A stretch of 64,000 nucleotides of DNA from Mycobacteriales bacterium (GTDB lineage: Bacteria > Actinomycetota > Actinomycetes > Mycobacteriales > SCTD01), in contig JBKJSN010000130.1 in NCBI GenBank assembly GCA_046595815.1, positions 1,447 to 65,446 on the forward strand, read 5' to 3'. Positions 8,310 through 18,872 of the stretch are shown in pieces (positions within the stretch are counted from its first letter, which is position 1; each line of letters starts with the position of its first letter). The notes under the pieces were generated by a model. The model searched no databases and was not told where the DNA came from. It was given only the letters and a program-made list of their open reading frames with translations. Position numbers and translations under genes: made by a program.

Positions 8310-11309
8310 TCGGGCGTGCGCGACGGCAGCGACGTGCGGTGCCTGCTTGCGGGCGTAACGTTCCAACCCGTCCTCGAACAGGGTCTGCGCGGCGCGGTGG
8401 TTACCCAGCAGCAGCTGCACCTCCGCGGCATCGACCAGAACATCGCCCTGCGAGGCGAGCTCATCGGTCGTTTCCACCAGCTGGACCGCTTGAGAGGACA
8501 GCGTCAGCGCCTCCTCGACGTTGTGCCGCACGGCCTCAACCTTTGCCTGGACGCAACGCCATCGCACCTGACTGATCACGTCGCCGACACCTGCCAACCC
8601 GCGGGAGAGCGAGGCCGCCTCGGCGGCACCCTCAGGGTCGTCGCAGCGCCAGCAGGCCTCCGCGAGCAACGCTGCCAGGGTGGAGGCGAAGGCGCGGTCG
8701 CCCATCGTCTGCAGCCCTTCACACGCCGCTCGCAGCTCCCCAGCTGCGGTCTGCGGAGAGCCCGCCAGCAGCTCTATGGGGCCGCTCATGAAGGCGGTGG
8801 CGAGCACCGAAAGCTCGCGGCCCAGGTCGTGGAAGGTCTTGCGCACCTCGGCCATCAGAACCCGTGCGCCCTCCGGATCCCCCTGCATTGCTTGGGTTCC
8901 TGCCAACCGGGCCGTGATGGATGCCTCGTGCCACGGGCTGACGTCCCCTTGGGCGAGCATCTGCTCCAACGCCCGCCGGGTGTCCGTGAGCGGCAGCGGC
9001 CCGTGGAACATGCTGCCGACCTGCAGGCTCTGGGCGAGCTCGACCAGACGCCGCTCGCCTGAGCGCTCCCCGTGGTACAACGCCTTCCGCAGCGGGCGCT
9101 CCATCGCCGCCCAGTGCACGCGGTACTGCAGTTCCGAGGCCTGGAGCTGGTAGGCCAGCGACAGCCCACGGTCGTCCGAAGCGGCTTCGAGCGTCGGGAG
9201 CACCTCGGCGAGCAGGCCGGGCAACTCCCCATAGGCCCGTTCCGGCTCGGTGGATCGCAGCAGGTCCACGAGGGCCAGCCGTGCATGGGCCGAGGACTCG
9301 ACCAGCCCGAGCTCGGCGCAACTGGCCACGGCCTCTTGCAGCAGGTCGCGGGCCCGGCCCAGTTCGCCGGTGAGCTGCAGGCCGCGGGCGAGCTCGCTGA
9401 GCAAAGCAATGCGGCGCGCACTCGATGGGGGGAGCAGCGCGATAGCGCGCGAAAGCAGGTCGCAGGCGGCCGTCAGGTCCCCGGACAGGGCCCGCAGTCC
9501 GGCGGCGGCGAGGCGGGCTGCCGCCTGTTCCGCCAGGTTGCTGCTGCGCTCCGGGTCGGACTGTCGTAGCAACCTGGCTGCCTGTTCCAGGTGGAAGCCG
9601 GCGCGTGCCACGGCCCCGCGGGTGTCCAGCACGAGTCCACGGACGTTGTGCAGGTCCGCCCGCTCATCGCGAGCGATGCCGGTGAGAGTGACTTCACGGA
9701 CGAGGTCGCTCACCAGGGTCCAACGCTCGCCCTCCACCGTGATGAGGTCGCGCGCCACCAAGGCAATGAGCTCGGCCTCGACGTCAAGTCCCTCACACAG
9801 CGGGGTGAGGTCATCGACTACTCCCGCCGACCCGATCACCGCCGCCCGCTCCAGAACGCGGCGACACCCGATCGGCAACCGGTCCAGCCGGGCTGCGAGC
9901 ACGGCGGCCACGGTGGGCACGTCGGCCTTGTCGCTGATGTCGGCGCCCTCCAGCCGGGCCTGAGCCAGTTGTTCGACGAACAGCGGGTTCCCACCGGCCG
10001 CGGCGAGAACCAGCTCCACACCCTCAGGGTCATCCGGGAGCAAGGCCTCTGCCAGCGGGCGCACCTCCCCGCCCGGGAGCGGTCGCAACGTCATGCCCAC
10101 GACGTGCCGCAGCGCCTTGCCCCAGCCCTGTCGGTGCTCCAACAGCTCTGGGCGTGCGGTGACGACCACCGCTATGGGGGCCCTTTCGATCCGTTGCACA
10201 ACAGCGAGGACGAGGTCGAGCAGCGGTGCCGACGCGGCGTGCAGGTCCTCCAGCACAACGACCAGCGGCCGATCCTGCGCGACGGCGACCAGGACCCTGG
10301 CGACCGCCCTGGCGACGTCCGAGGACGAAACGGGAGTCATTCCTTCGCCGACGAGTGAGGACAGGACAGGCCAGACGCCGGCCACATCCGGGCTGGCCCG
10401 CTCGAGGGCGAGCAACCCCGCCATCCCGGACTCCCCTGTCAGGTCGGCCAAGACCTCGCCGAGGGCCGACCAGGTGCTCCCCTCGCCGTACGCGCGACAG
10501 GTGCCCCGCACGACGCGGGCGCCCTCCCTCTCAGCGAGAACCTCCTCCACGAGTCGCGACTTGCCGGTGCCAGCCTCCCCAAGCACAGTGATCAACTGCA
10601 CGATCCCCGTCGACACGGTGCGGTCCAACGCAGCCGTGATGATGCCCGCCTCGGAGGTGCGGCCGACGAACGGCCCCCGAGCCCCCGCTGTGTCCGGTGT
10701 GGCCAAGCCCACCAGGGGTACCACCCGCGACCGTCCCTGCCGGCCTTTCAGCTCGATCTCCCTCGGCCGCCCCAGCGACACGCCGTTCCTCAGCAGGGCG
10801 ACGGTTGCCGGGCCGAGCAAGGTCTCACCCTCGTCTGCCTGCTGCTGGAGCCGGGCCGCGACCACTACCGGGTCGCCGACCGCGAGCTCCTCCTCGGAGG
10901 AGGCGTCACCTGCCAGGACCTCACCGGTGTTGATGCCCACGGCCAGGCGCACGGCCCCCGGAAGAGCCCGCACCACCTGGTGCAGCTCAAGTGCCGCTGC
11001 GGCAGCCCGGCGGGCGTCGTCGTCCCGGGCTACAGGGATTCCGAACACCGCCATGACGGCGTCGCCTGCGTGTCGCTCGACGGTTCCGCCGTACCTCTCC
11101 AGGACCTCTCGCAACAGGTCGTAGAAGGCGGTGGTGGCTCGGGCGTCGAGCTCGAGGTCGTCATAGGCCCCACCTCCGCGGGCGTCGGCGAACAGCACCG
11201 TCACCGTCTTGCGGACGCCCGCACGGGCACTACCGAGTACCGCCCCGCAAGTGCCGCAGAAGCGCGCGCCCTCCCGGCTGCTCGCACCGCAGCGCTGGCA
11301 CCCGACCAC
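8298..11309 (-). CDS. Zinc-ribbon / class III nucleotidyl cyclase / AAA (STAND-like) ATPase / TPR multidomain signalling protein
   Basis: CQRCG...CGTCG zinc ribbon. Cyclase motifs VLFADARGG, GDAVMAVFG, GINTGEVLAG and GDPVVVAARL. Walker A GEAGTGKSRL. Long helical repeat C-terminus with no HTH. Confidence 0.8.
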   Translation of the reverse strand: MVGCQRCGASSREGARFCGTCGAVLGSARAGVRKTVTVLFADARGGGAYDDLELDARATTAFYDLLREVLERYGGTVERHAGDAVMAVFGIPVARDDDARRAAAAALELHQVVRALPGAVRLAVGINTGEVLAGDASSEEELAVGDPVVVAARLQQQADEGETLLGPATVALLRNGVSLGRPREIELKGRQGRSRVVPLVGLATPDTAGARGPFVGRTSEAGIITAALDRTVSTGIVQLITVLGEAGTGKSRLVEEVLAEREGARVVRGTCRAYGEGSTWSALGEVLADLTGESGMAGLLALERASPDVAGVWPVLSSLVGEGMTPVSSSDVARAVARVLVAVAQDRPLVVVLEDLHAASAPLLDLVLAVVQRIERAPIAVVVTARPELLEHRQGWGKALRHVVGMTLRPLPGGEVRPLAEALLPDDPEGVELVLAAAGGNPLFVEQLAQARLEGADISDKADVPTVAAVLAARLDRLPIGCRRVLERAAVIGSAGVVDDLTPLCEGLDVEAELIALVARDLITVEGERWTLVSDLVREVTLTGIARDERADLHNVRGLVLDTRGAVARAGFHLEQAARLLRQSDPERSSNLAEQAAARLAAAGLRALSGDLTAACDLLSRAIALLPPSSARRIALLSELARGLQLTGELGRARDLLQEAVASCAELGLVESSAHARLALVDLLRSTEPERAYGELPGLLAEVLPTLEAASDDRGLSLAYQLQASELQYRVHWAAMERPLRKALYHGERSGERRLVELAQSLQVGSMFHGPLPLTDTRRALEQMLAQGDVSPWHEASITARLAGTQAMQGDPEGARVLMAEVRKTFHDLGRELSVLATAFMSGPIELLAGSPQTAAGELRAACEGLQTMGDRAFASTLAALLAEACWRCDDPEGAAEAASLSRGLAGVGDVISQVRWRCVQAKVEAVRHNVEEALTLSSQAVQLVETTDELASQGDVLVDAAEVQLLLGNHRAAQTLFEDGLERYARKQAPHVAAVAHARLGL

Positions 11310-11418
11310 TACGCCCCCCTTCGCCTGATACTCATTGAGGCTAGGGCGGCGTACTCTGCGCGACTAGGGCTGAGCCACGAGTGACGCGGCGAGCTCGAAT
11401 TGAGTCCGGGGGGGCTGT

Positions 11419-12144
11419 ATGGGACGCGGGCCGACGCAGGCGCAGGCACTCGACGCGCTGCGCCAGGTCGAGCTCTTTTCCGGATTGGACGAAAGCGTGC
11501 TCACGCAGATCGCCGCCGTTGCTCGGCCGCGGGACTACGACCGAGGCGAACTGTTGTTCGTCGAAGGCGAGCAAGGTGATGCGCTGCTGGTCCTCGTGAC
11601 AGGTTCCGTGACGGTCTTTCGCACTTCCCCCGATGGGGAGCGCGCGGCGCTGACCGTGCTGGAGCCGCCAGAGGTGCTCGGCGAGATCGCTCTGCTGGAC
11701 GGCGTGACCCGCTCCGCGTCGGTCGAGGCGACCGAGCCGACGACCGTGCTTGCCCTGCCGCGCGCTGAGTTCTTCTCCTTGCTGCGCAGCCAGCCCACCG
11801 TCCTGGAACCCCTGATGCGACAGCTCGGCCAGATGGTGCGGCGGCTGACCGAGCAGGCGGCGGACCACGTCTTCCTCGACCTCGCCGGCCGGGTCGCGAA
11901 GGCGCTGCTACGACTGTCCAACGGTGGCTCACCGCCCGTCGTCGCGATCACGCAGAGCCGGCTTGCGGAGATCAGCGGCGGCACCCGGCAGAGCGTGAAC
12001 CAGGTCCTCGGCGGGTTCTCCCAGCGCGGGCTGGTCCACCTGGAGGGACGACGTGTCCTGCTGACCGACGTACCCGGCCTGCGACGCCGCGCGCACCTGC
12101 CGCCCGACCCGACGCTGCGTCCGGGTCTGCCGGTCCGCCGCTAG
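11419..12144 (+). CDS. Crp/Fnr-family cNMP-binding transcriptional regulator
   Basis: cNMP-binding fold LFVEGEQGDALLVLVTGSVTVF...LGEIALLDGVTRSASVEA, plus C-terminal HTH SRLAEISGGTRQSVNQVL. Divergent from the cyclase gene. Confidence 0.85.
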   Translation: MGRGPTQAQALDALRQVELFSGLDESVLTQIAAVARPRDYDRGELLFVEGEQGDALLVLVTGSVTVFRTSPDGERAALTVLEPPEVLGEIALLDGVTRSASVEATEPTTVLALPRAEFFSLLRSQPTVLEPLMRQLGQMVRRLTEQAADHVFLDLAGRVAKALLRLSNGGSPPVVAITQSRLAEISGGTRQSVNQVLGGFSQRGLVHLEGRRVLLTDVPGLRRRAHLPPDPTLRPGLPVRR

Positions 12145-12839
12145 CTGGTACGGCGAGCAGCTCGCTCCGCGAGCAAGCCGAATGTCATCGCGAGGCCACC
12201 CCAGAGCAGGGTCGTGGTGGCCAAGGACAGCAGGCGGAAGTCCCAAACCAGGTGCACCGGCGCCAGGATGGGGTCGGTGTTGTCGGGCAGCACGAACGTA
12301 AGCGCGACCGTGGCGATCAGGACACCGGCGACCGCGAGCTGACGGGTCGAGGCGCGCGCACCCTTGGCCCGGAGGCTGCGGGCGACGAGGGCCGCGAAGC
12401 AGGCACCGACGAGCCCGATGACGATGGTGACGGTCCACAGGTGCGCGCGGCTGTCGATGGTCGCGCCGTCCCCGACACCGGGCGGGTTGGCCGGGTAGCG
12501 CAGGAAGGGCACGAGCGTCACGCCGAAGAAGGCAGCCCCGCCGAGTCGAAGCGCGCTCCCCCACGGGTCCACCGGCGCCTCGCGATGCAGGAGCGCGTGG
12601 ACCACGGCGTACAGCACGCCGAACGCGAGGCCCACGACGAGGGAGGCGAGCAGCAGGCCGGCGTGCTGAGTGTTGCGGGTGAAGGCCTCGACGGTGTGCT
12701 CACCGGCGGCGGCGGAACGGGCGGCTTCGAGGTCGACGGCGCGGTCCATGAGCGGCTCAGCGAGCAGGAACCCGAAGGCTCCCGCGAGCAGCCCACCCAC
12801 CGCCCCGGCCAGCAGGCCGCGACGAAGGGTTGGGAGCAT
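12141..12839 (-). CDS. cbtA: CbtA-family cobalt transporter subunit
   Basis: 232 aa from MLPTLRRGLLAGAVGG, multi-TM. ATG at 12839-12837 shares 1 nt with the cbtB stop. The longer 440-aa track ORF is an artefactual extension. Confidence 0.7.
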   Translation of the reverse strand: MLPTLRRGLLAGAVGGLLAGAFGFLLAEPLMDRAVDLEAARSAAAGEHTVEAFTRNTQHAGLLLASLVVGLAFGVLYAVVHALLHREAPVDPWGSALRLGGAAFFGVTLVPFLRYPANPPGVGDGATIDSRAHLWTVTIVIGLVGACFAALVARSLRAKGARASTRQLAVAGVLIATVALTFVLPDNTDPILAPVHLVWDFRLLSLATTTLLWGGLAMTFGLLAERAARRTS

Positions 12840-13069
12840 CAGTGACAGGGAGCGCCGAGCAGGTGCCGGCCGTCGTGGGCCAGCTCGTGCACGTAGTTCA
12901 TGGCGGTGGCGGCCTTGCCCATGACCGGGGAGAGCAGCTGACCCTGGTCGAGGAAGACGGCGTAGAGGGCTACGAGGGCGAGGATGACCGCGCCCAGCGT
13001 GACAGTGACAGTGACGGCGACGGCCTGGCCCGCGATCGGGCGAGCGGCAACCTGGGTCTGCGTGTTCAT
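12839..13069 (-). CDS. cbtB: CbtB-family small cobalt transporter subunit
   Basis: 76 aa MNTQTQ...HELAHDGRHLLGAPCH, one TM plus the typical His/Cys C-terminal tail. ATG verified at 13069-13067. ggagg RBS upstream. Confidence 0.7.
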   Translation of the reverse strand: MNTQTQVAARPIAGQAVAVTVTVTLGAVILALVALYAVFLDQGQLLSPVMGKAATAMNYVHELAHDGRHLLGAPCH

Positions 13070-13072
13070 GGT

Positions 13073-13215
13073 GTGTGCCTCCATCGGGGTTTCCACGCCC
13101 CGTGCTGGTTGAGCTGTGGGTGGCTGCAGTTCCTGACTCGAGCACGTGGCTCTCACAGTGGCGGGACCGTCCCGGGTTCGCACCGGGTTCCTGCATCTTG
13201 GACGGGCCGACTCTA
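13073..13215 (-). promoter_or_regulatory. Cobalamin (B12) riboswitch in the cbtBA leader
   Basis: The reverse strand reads AGGAACCCGGTGCGAACCCGGGACGGTCCCGCCACTGTGA (conserved core), then the B12-box-like GAGTCAGGAACTGCAGCC. A CGGGG-n8-CCCCG hairpin abuts the GGAGG RBS. Confidence 0.8.
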
Positions 13216-13234
13216 CTCAGGCCGGCGCGCTCCG

Positions 13235-13519
13235 CTAGCCCAGGGCGTCGATGCGCTCGGCGAGCCGGGTGTCGAACGCGGTGACCTGGTTGTGCGCGTC
13301 GTGGGTGCAGGTCGTGATCGATACCCGCGTCCAGCGGATGAGGATGTCCGGGTGGTGGTTGACCTCCTCGGCGAGCAGCCCCACCTTCTGCACGAAGTCC
13401 AAGGCGTCCAGGAACGTCGGGAGCTTCCGGGTGGTCGTGAGCTTGCCGTCGGCCAACGACCACTGCGGCAGCTCGGTGAGCGCCGCCGTGATCTCGTCCT
13501 CGGTGAGTGGGGTCATCAT
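13235..13519 (-). CDS. phhB: Pterin-4a-carbinolamine dehydratase
   Basis: 94 aa with the motif LAEEVNHHPDILIRWTRVSITTCTHD. ATGA overlap with phhA. Confidence 0.85.
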   Translation of the reverse strand: MMTPLTEDEITAALTELPQWSLADGKLTTTRKLPTFLDALDFVQKVGLLAEEVNHHPDILIRWTRVSITTCTHDAHNQVTAFDTRLAERIDALG

Positions 13520-14427
13520 CGTGCTGCCGCCTTCAGTCGGTCGATGGAGTCGTCATCGCAGGTGTCCCAGAAGCTGCCGACCACGTCCTCGACGTGCTCG
13601 AAGGAGTCCGCGGCGTAGAGCAGGTCTTGGTACACGGTGATGTCGTACTCCGTCGTGCCCATTTGCACCAGGTCCAGGGGCTCGATCCGCATGGAGCGGA
13701 ACTCCTCGATCTCCCCGGGGGAGCTCAAGATCCCGGCGCCGTAGGTCTTGAGCTCGCCGTCCTCGTGCAGCACGCCGAACTCCAGGGTGAACCAGAAGAC
13801 CTTGCTGACGAACTGCAGCGCCGCCTCGCTCTCGACCCGGCGGGCCGCGCGACCGGCCGCCTCGTAGAGCGCGGTGTAGCGCGGGTGGGCGAGCGTGTTG
13901 CCGTGGCCGACCACCTCGTGCAACACGTCGGGCTCGGGGGTGTAGAGCGGGACGCTGTGGTGGCGGATGTACTGAGTGGACCAGAACCCTTTGTCCGCAA
14001 GGGATCCGTAGAAGTCACGCAGCGGGACGAGCCCTGCCGCGGGCCGGTAGCGGAAGCCGGTGAGGGGCTTCAGCAGCTCGCTGACCTCCTCCAGCTGCGG
14101 CACCCGGTCGGTGGGCAGCTTGAGCAGGTCCTTGCCCTCGAGGAAGACCTTGCTCGCGTACTTCTCGTGCTTGGCCTCGAGGGCATCGCAGACCACCCGC
14201 CACACCTCGTGCTCGGCGTCGGTGTAGGGCGCCTCGGGGACCGGCTCGCCAGGCTGCCAGTGGGCGGCCAGGGTCGCGAGCCGGTCGCGGCGCTCCCGGT
14301 AGACCGGGTCGGCGAATCCGGGGTGGCCCTTGCCGAGCTGCACCGTCAGGTTGCCGTCGGCGTCCGCGACGACCGGGGCGAAGTACTGCGCTTCCTCGAA
14401 CATGGGCTCAGAGTAGGTGGCCCCCAT
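13516..14427 (-). CDS. phhA: Phenylalanine 4-hydroxylase (aromatic amino-acid hydroxylase)
   Basis: Motifs PEPDVLHEVVGHGNTLAHP, FWFTLEFGV and YGAGILSSPGE. Start ATG at 14427, or alternatively 14403. Confidence 0.85.
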   Translation of the reverse strand: MGATYSEPMFEEAQYFAPVVADADGNLTVQLGKGHPGFADPVYRERRDRLATLAAHWQPGEPVPEAPYTDAEHEVWRVVCDALEAKHEKYASKVFLEGKDLLKLPTDRVPQLEEVSELLKPLTGFRYRPAAGLVPLRDFYGSLADKGFWSTQYIRHHSVPLYTPEPDVLHEVVGHGNTLAHPRYTALYEAAGRAARRVESEAALQFVSKVFWFTLEFGVLHEDGELKTYGAGILSSPGEIEEFRSMRIEPLDLVQMGTTEYDITVYQDLLYAADSFEHVEDVVGSFWDTCDDDSIDRLKAAAR

Positions 14428-14509
14428 GGCACCCGCGTCCTCCGACTGCGCGGCAGGAACGGACGCCTCCCCGTCGAAGATCGGCAAGAGCCAATTGCTG
14501 GGAGCCCGC

Positions 14510-15094
14510 ATGTCGCTGCACCGTCTTGCCCTGTCCCTCGTTCTGGCCGGCAGCGCGCTCACAGGTGGGGCGGTCAGCGCTGTGCCCAAGCCGAAGCCGG
14601 TCTGCAACCTCGTCGTGGACGCGAGCGGAGACGCTCAGTTCGGCCCTACCTTGAACAGCAAGGCGCTGGACATCGTGAGCGCCGACGTGGCCACCGGGGT
14701 GCAGAACCTCACCGCCGTCATCCGGGTCGCGAACCTCGCGCCCGACACGCACACGCAGCAGGGCAAGGCTTTCGACTTCACCTGGCTCGCGAACGGCCAG
14801 CGTTGGTACCTACGGGTCATCAACTACCCCTGGGGCGACTCCTGGTCGTACGGAACGGTCAGCGCCACCGGGTCCTTCGGGCAGCTGGGGACCACTTCGG
14901 GCTCAATCGATGAGGCGTCCAACACCGTGACGTTCGTCCTGGCAAAGCAGAGCGTCGGGCTCAAGAAGGGCAGCAAGCTCAGCGACCTGCGTGTCCAGAG
15001 CTGGCTCAACGTGGGTGCACTGATCGGGTGGGACAACGCAACCAGCACCAAGACCTACGTCGACGGCACACGCAGCTGCGTTCGCTCCTCCTGA
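14510..15094 (+). CDS. Secreted protein, function unknown
   Basis: ATG at 14510 gives the signal peptide MSLHRLALSLVLAGSALTGGAVSA. GC3-rich frame. The track start at 14417 is unlikely. Confidence 0.6.
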   Translation: MSLHRLALSLVLAGSALTGGAVSAVPKPKPVCNLVVDASGDAQFGPTLNSKALDIVSADVATGVQNLTAVIRVANLAPDTHTQQGKAFDFTWLANGQRWYLRVINYPWGDSWSYGTVSATGSFGQLGTTSGSIDEASNTVTFVLAKQSVGLKKGSKLSDLRVQSWLNVGALIGWDNATSTKTYVDGTRSCVRSS

Positions 15095-15466
15095 CGGCCG
15101 TCCCCTCGCGGGGAGCAGGACGACCAACCCGCCCTCGGTCACGCCGACCTGCTCCGGGAGTGCATCGACGGCCGCATCGGCCAGTAGGTCGGTCGAGCAC
15201 CCGCTGCCTGCCGTCAGGCGGCGTGGGGGAGCATGACGTTGACGGCGTAGCCGAGGTCGAGGCGGTCACCGCCGTACCCGTTCTTCAGGCTGCTGGGGGT
15301 CGCAGGCGGGAGCGCTTCCGCGGAAGCGGCCTCGGGCAGGACCGCCTCCAGTCGCATGCGCAGGGCCGGGTCCCGGTCGGTCTGGCCGCGGCACGGCGAC
15401 GTGTCTCGCCACCGCGGTTCCGGCTCGGCCTGTAAGACTGCGTGACCCGGCGTAGGGCGAAGGCAG

Positions 15467-16008
15467 GTGCTGGTGGTCGCGCAGGTGTGGTCGTGGGCCT
15501 ACGACCTGGGGCTCCCAGTCCTGTGCGTCCTCGGCCTGCTCGTCCTCGCGGGTCTTGCGGTCGGGCTGGCGCGCCTGCCACACGAGCGGGGCCGACACGC
15601 AGCCATCGCCGTCCTGACGGCGACGTGCGCCCTCGTGCTCGCGGTAACGCTCCGCCCGTACCCCGGCGCACACCACGTCACCTACCAGCCCGTGCCGTTT
15701 CTCCCGCTGCTGCAGGCGGTGACCGGTCACGGGTCGACCTTCGTGAACGACCGGCTGCAGCTCGCCGGCAACATGCTGATGTTCGCGCCCCTCGGGCTCG
15801 TCCTCACCCACCTCCAGCGGGTACGGCGGACCCGCCGCGTCTTGGTCTGGGCACTCGCCGGCTCCGTGACGATCGAGCTGTTGCAGGCCGTCACGCGCAA
15901 CGGCCGCAGCGTCGACGTCAACGACGTGCTGCTCAACGTCGCTGGCGCCGCTCTCGGGGTCGCGGTCCATGACCTGGTGCGACGCCGTACCGGTGGTAGC
16001 TGCGCGGT

Positions 16009-16036
<28 letters not shown>
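15467..16036 (+). CDS. VanZ-family membrane protein
   Basis: Motifs GNMLMFAPLG and DVNDVLLNVAGAALG, with 4 TM spans. Confidence 0.7.
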
Positions 16037-17682
<1,646 letters not shown>

Positions 17683-17717
17683 CCCCGACCATCAGCGACT
17701 GCGGGAACCTGTAGGGC

Positions 17718-18872
17718 ATGCCCTACTACCGCTCGGTCGGCGAGGTCCCTCGCAAGCGCCACACGCAGTTCCGGCAACCTGACGGCAGCCTTTACGCCGA
17801 GGAGCTGATGGGTGAGGAGGGGTTCTCCTCCGACTCCTCGCTGCTCTACCACCGACATCTACCGACAGCGATCGTGCGGGCAGCCTCGGCGGGCACGTCC
17901 GACGTAACGCTCACGCCTGCAAACCCCTTGCTTCCCAGGCACTTGCAGACACACCAGCTCGCCGAGGGCGGTGACCTCGTCACCGGGCGCACGGTCCTCA
18001 TGGGCAACGCGAACGTGCGCCTTTCCTACGTCGCCGCGGTCGCCGACTCGGGCCTGTACCGCGACGCCGACGGCGACCTGTGCGTGTACGTCGAGAGCGG
18101 GTCGGGCGTGCTCGAGTCGGTGTTTGGGGCGCTCCCCTTCGGGCCAGGCGACTACGTCGTGGTCGCCACCGGCACGACCCACCGGTGGGTCGTGACCGAG
18201 GGGCCGCTGCGCGCGCTGGTCATCGAGGCGCGCGGTCACATCGGGCCGCCGAAGCACTACCTGTCCGCCCGCGGCCAGCTGCTCGAGCACTCGCCGTACT
18301 GCGAGCGCGACCTGCGGGCCCCCAGCGAGCCGTTGCTCGTCGACGAGGGCGAGACCGACGTGCTGGTGCGCCGGCGCGGTCAACTCACGACCTTCACCTA
18401 CAAGCACCACCCGTTCGACGTGGTCGGCTGGGACGGCTGCCTGTACCCCTACGCCCTGTCGATCCACGACTTCGAGCCGATCACGGGCCGGTTGCACCAG
18501 CCGCCGCCGGTGCACCAGACGTTCGCGGGACCTGGCTTCGTCATCTGCTCGTTCGTGCCGCGGATGCTCGACTACCACCCGCAGGCCGTTCCGGTGCCGT
18601 ACAACCATGCGAACGTCGACAGCGACGAGATCTTGTTCTACGTCGGCGGCGACTTCACCTCACGCGCGGGCTCCGGCATCGGCATGGGCTCGATCTCCGT
18701 GCACCCCAGCGGCTTCGTGCACGGACCGCAGCCCGGCTCGGTCGAGGCCGCGCTCGGCAAAGCGGCGACGGACGAGCTCGCGGTCATGGTGGACACCTTC
18801 GCGCCGCTGGACCTTGCGCCTGCGTGCGACGGCATCGACGACCCCAACTACCCCTGGACCTGGGCGCGTTGA
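17718..18872 (+). CDS. hmgA: Homogentisate 1,2-dioxygenase
   Basis: 384 aa starting MPYYRSVGEVPRKRHTQFRQPDGSLYAEELMGEEGFSSDSSLLYH. Cupin-type, positioned between hppD and fahA. Confidence 0.8.
   Translation: MPYYRSVGEVPRKRHTQFRQPDGSLYAEELMGEEGFSSDSSLLYHRHLPTAIVRAASAGTSDVTLTPANPLLPRHLQTHQLAEGGDLVTGRTVLMGNANVRLSYVAAVADSGLYRDADGDLCVYVESGSGVLESVFGALPFGPGDYVVVATGTTHRWVVTEGPLRALVIEARGHIGPPKHYLSARGQLLEHSPYCERDLRAPSEPLLVDEGETDVLVRRRGQLTTFTYKHHPFDVVGWDGCLYPYALSIHDFEPITGRLHQPPPVHQTFAGPGFVICSFVPRMLDYHPQAVPVPYNHANVDSDEILFYVGGDFTSRAGSGIGMGSISVHPSGFVHGPQPGSVEAALGKAATDELAVMVDTFAPLDLAPACDGIDDPNYPWTWAR

Noticed and set aside
15028-15435. 135-aa plus-strand ORF in the 15095-15466 gap
   Set aside because: The translation is extremely Arg/Pro-rich and the frame does not carry the GC3 signal. 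The periodicity instead supports the short minus-strand frame reported as a finding.
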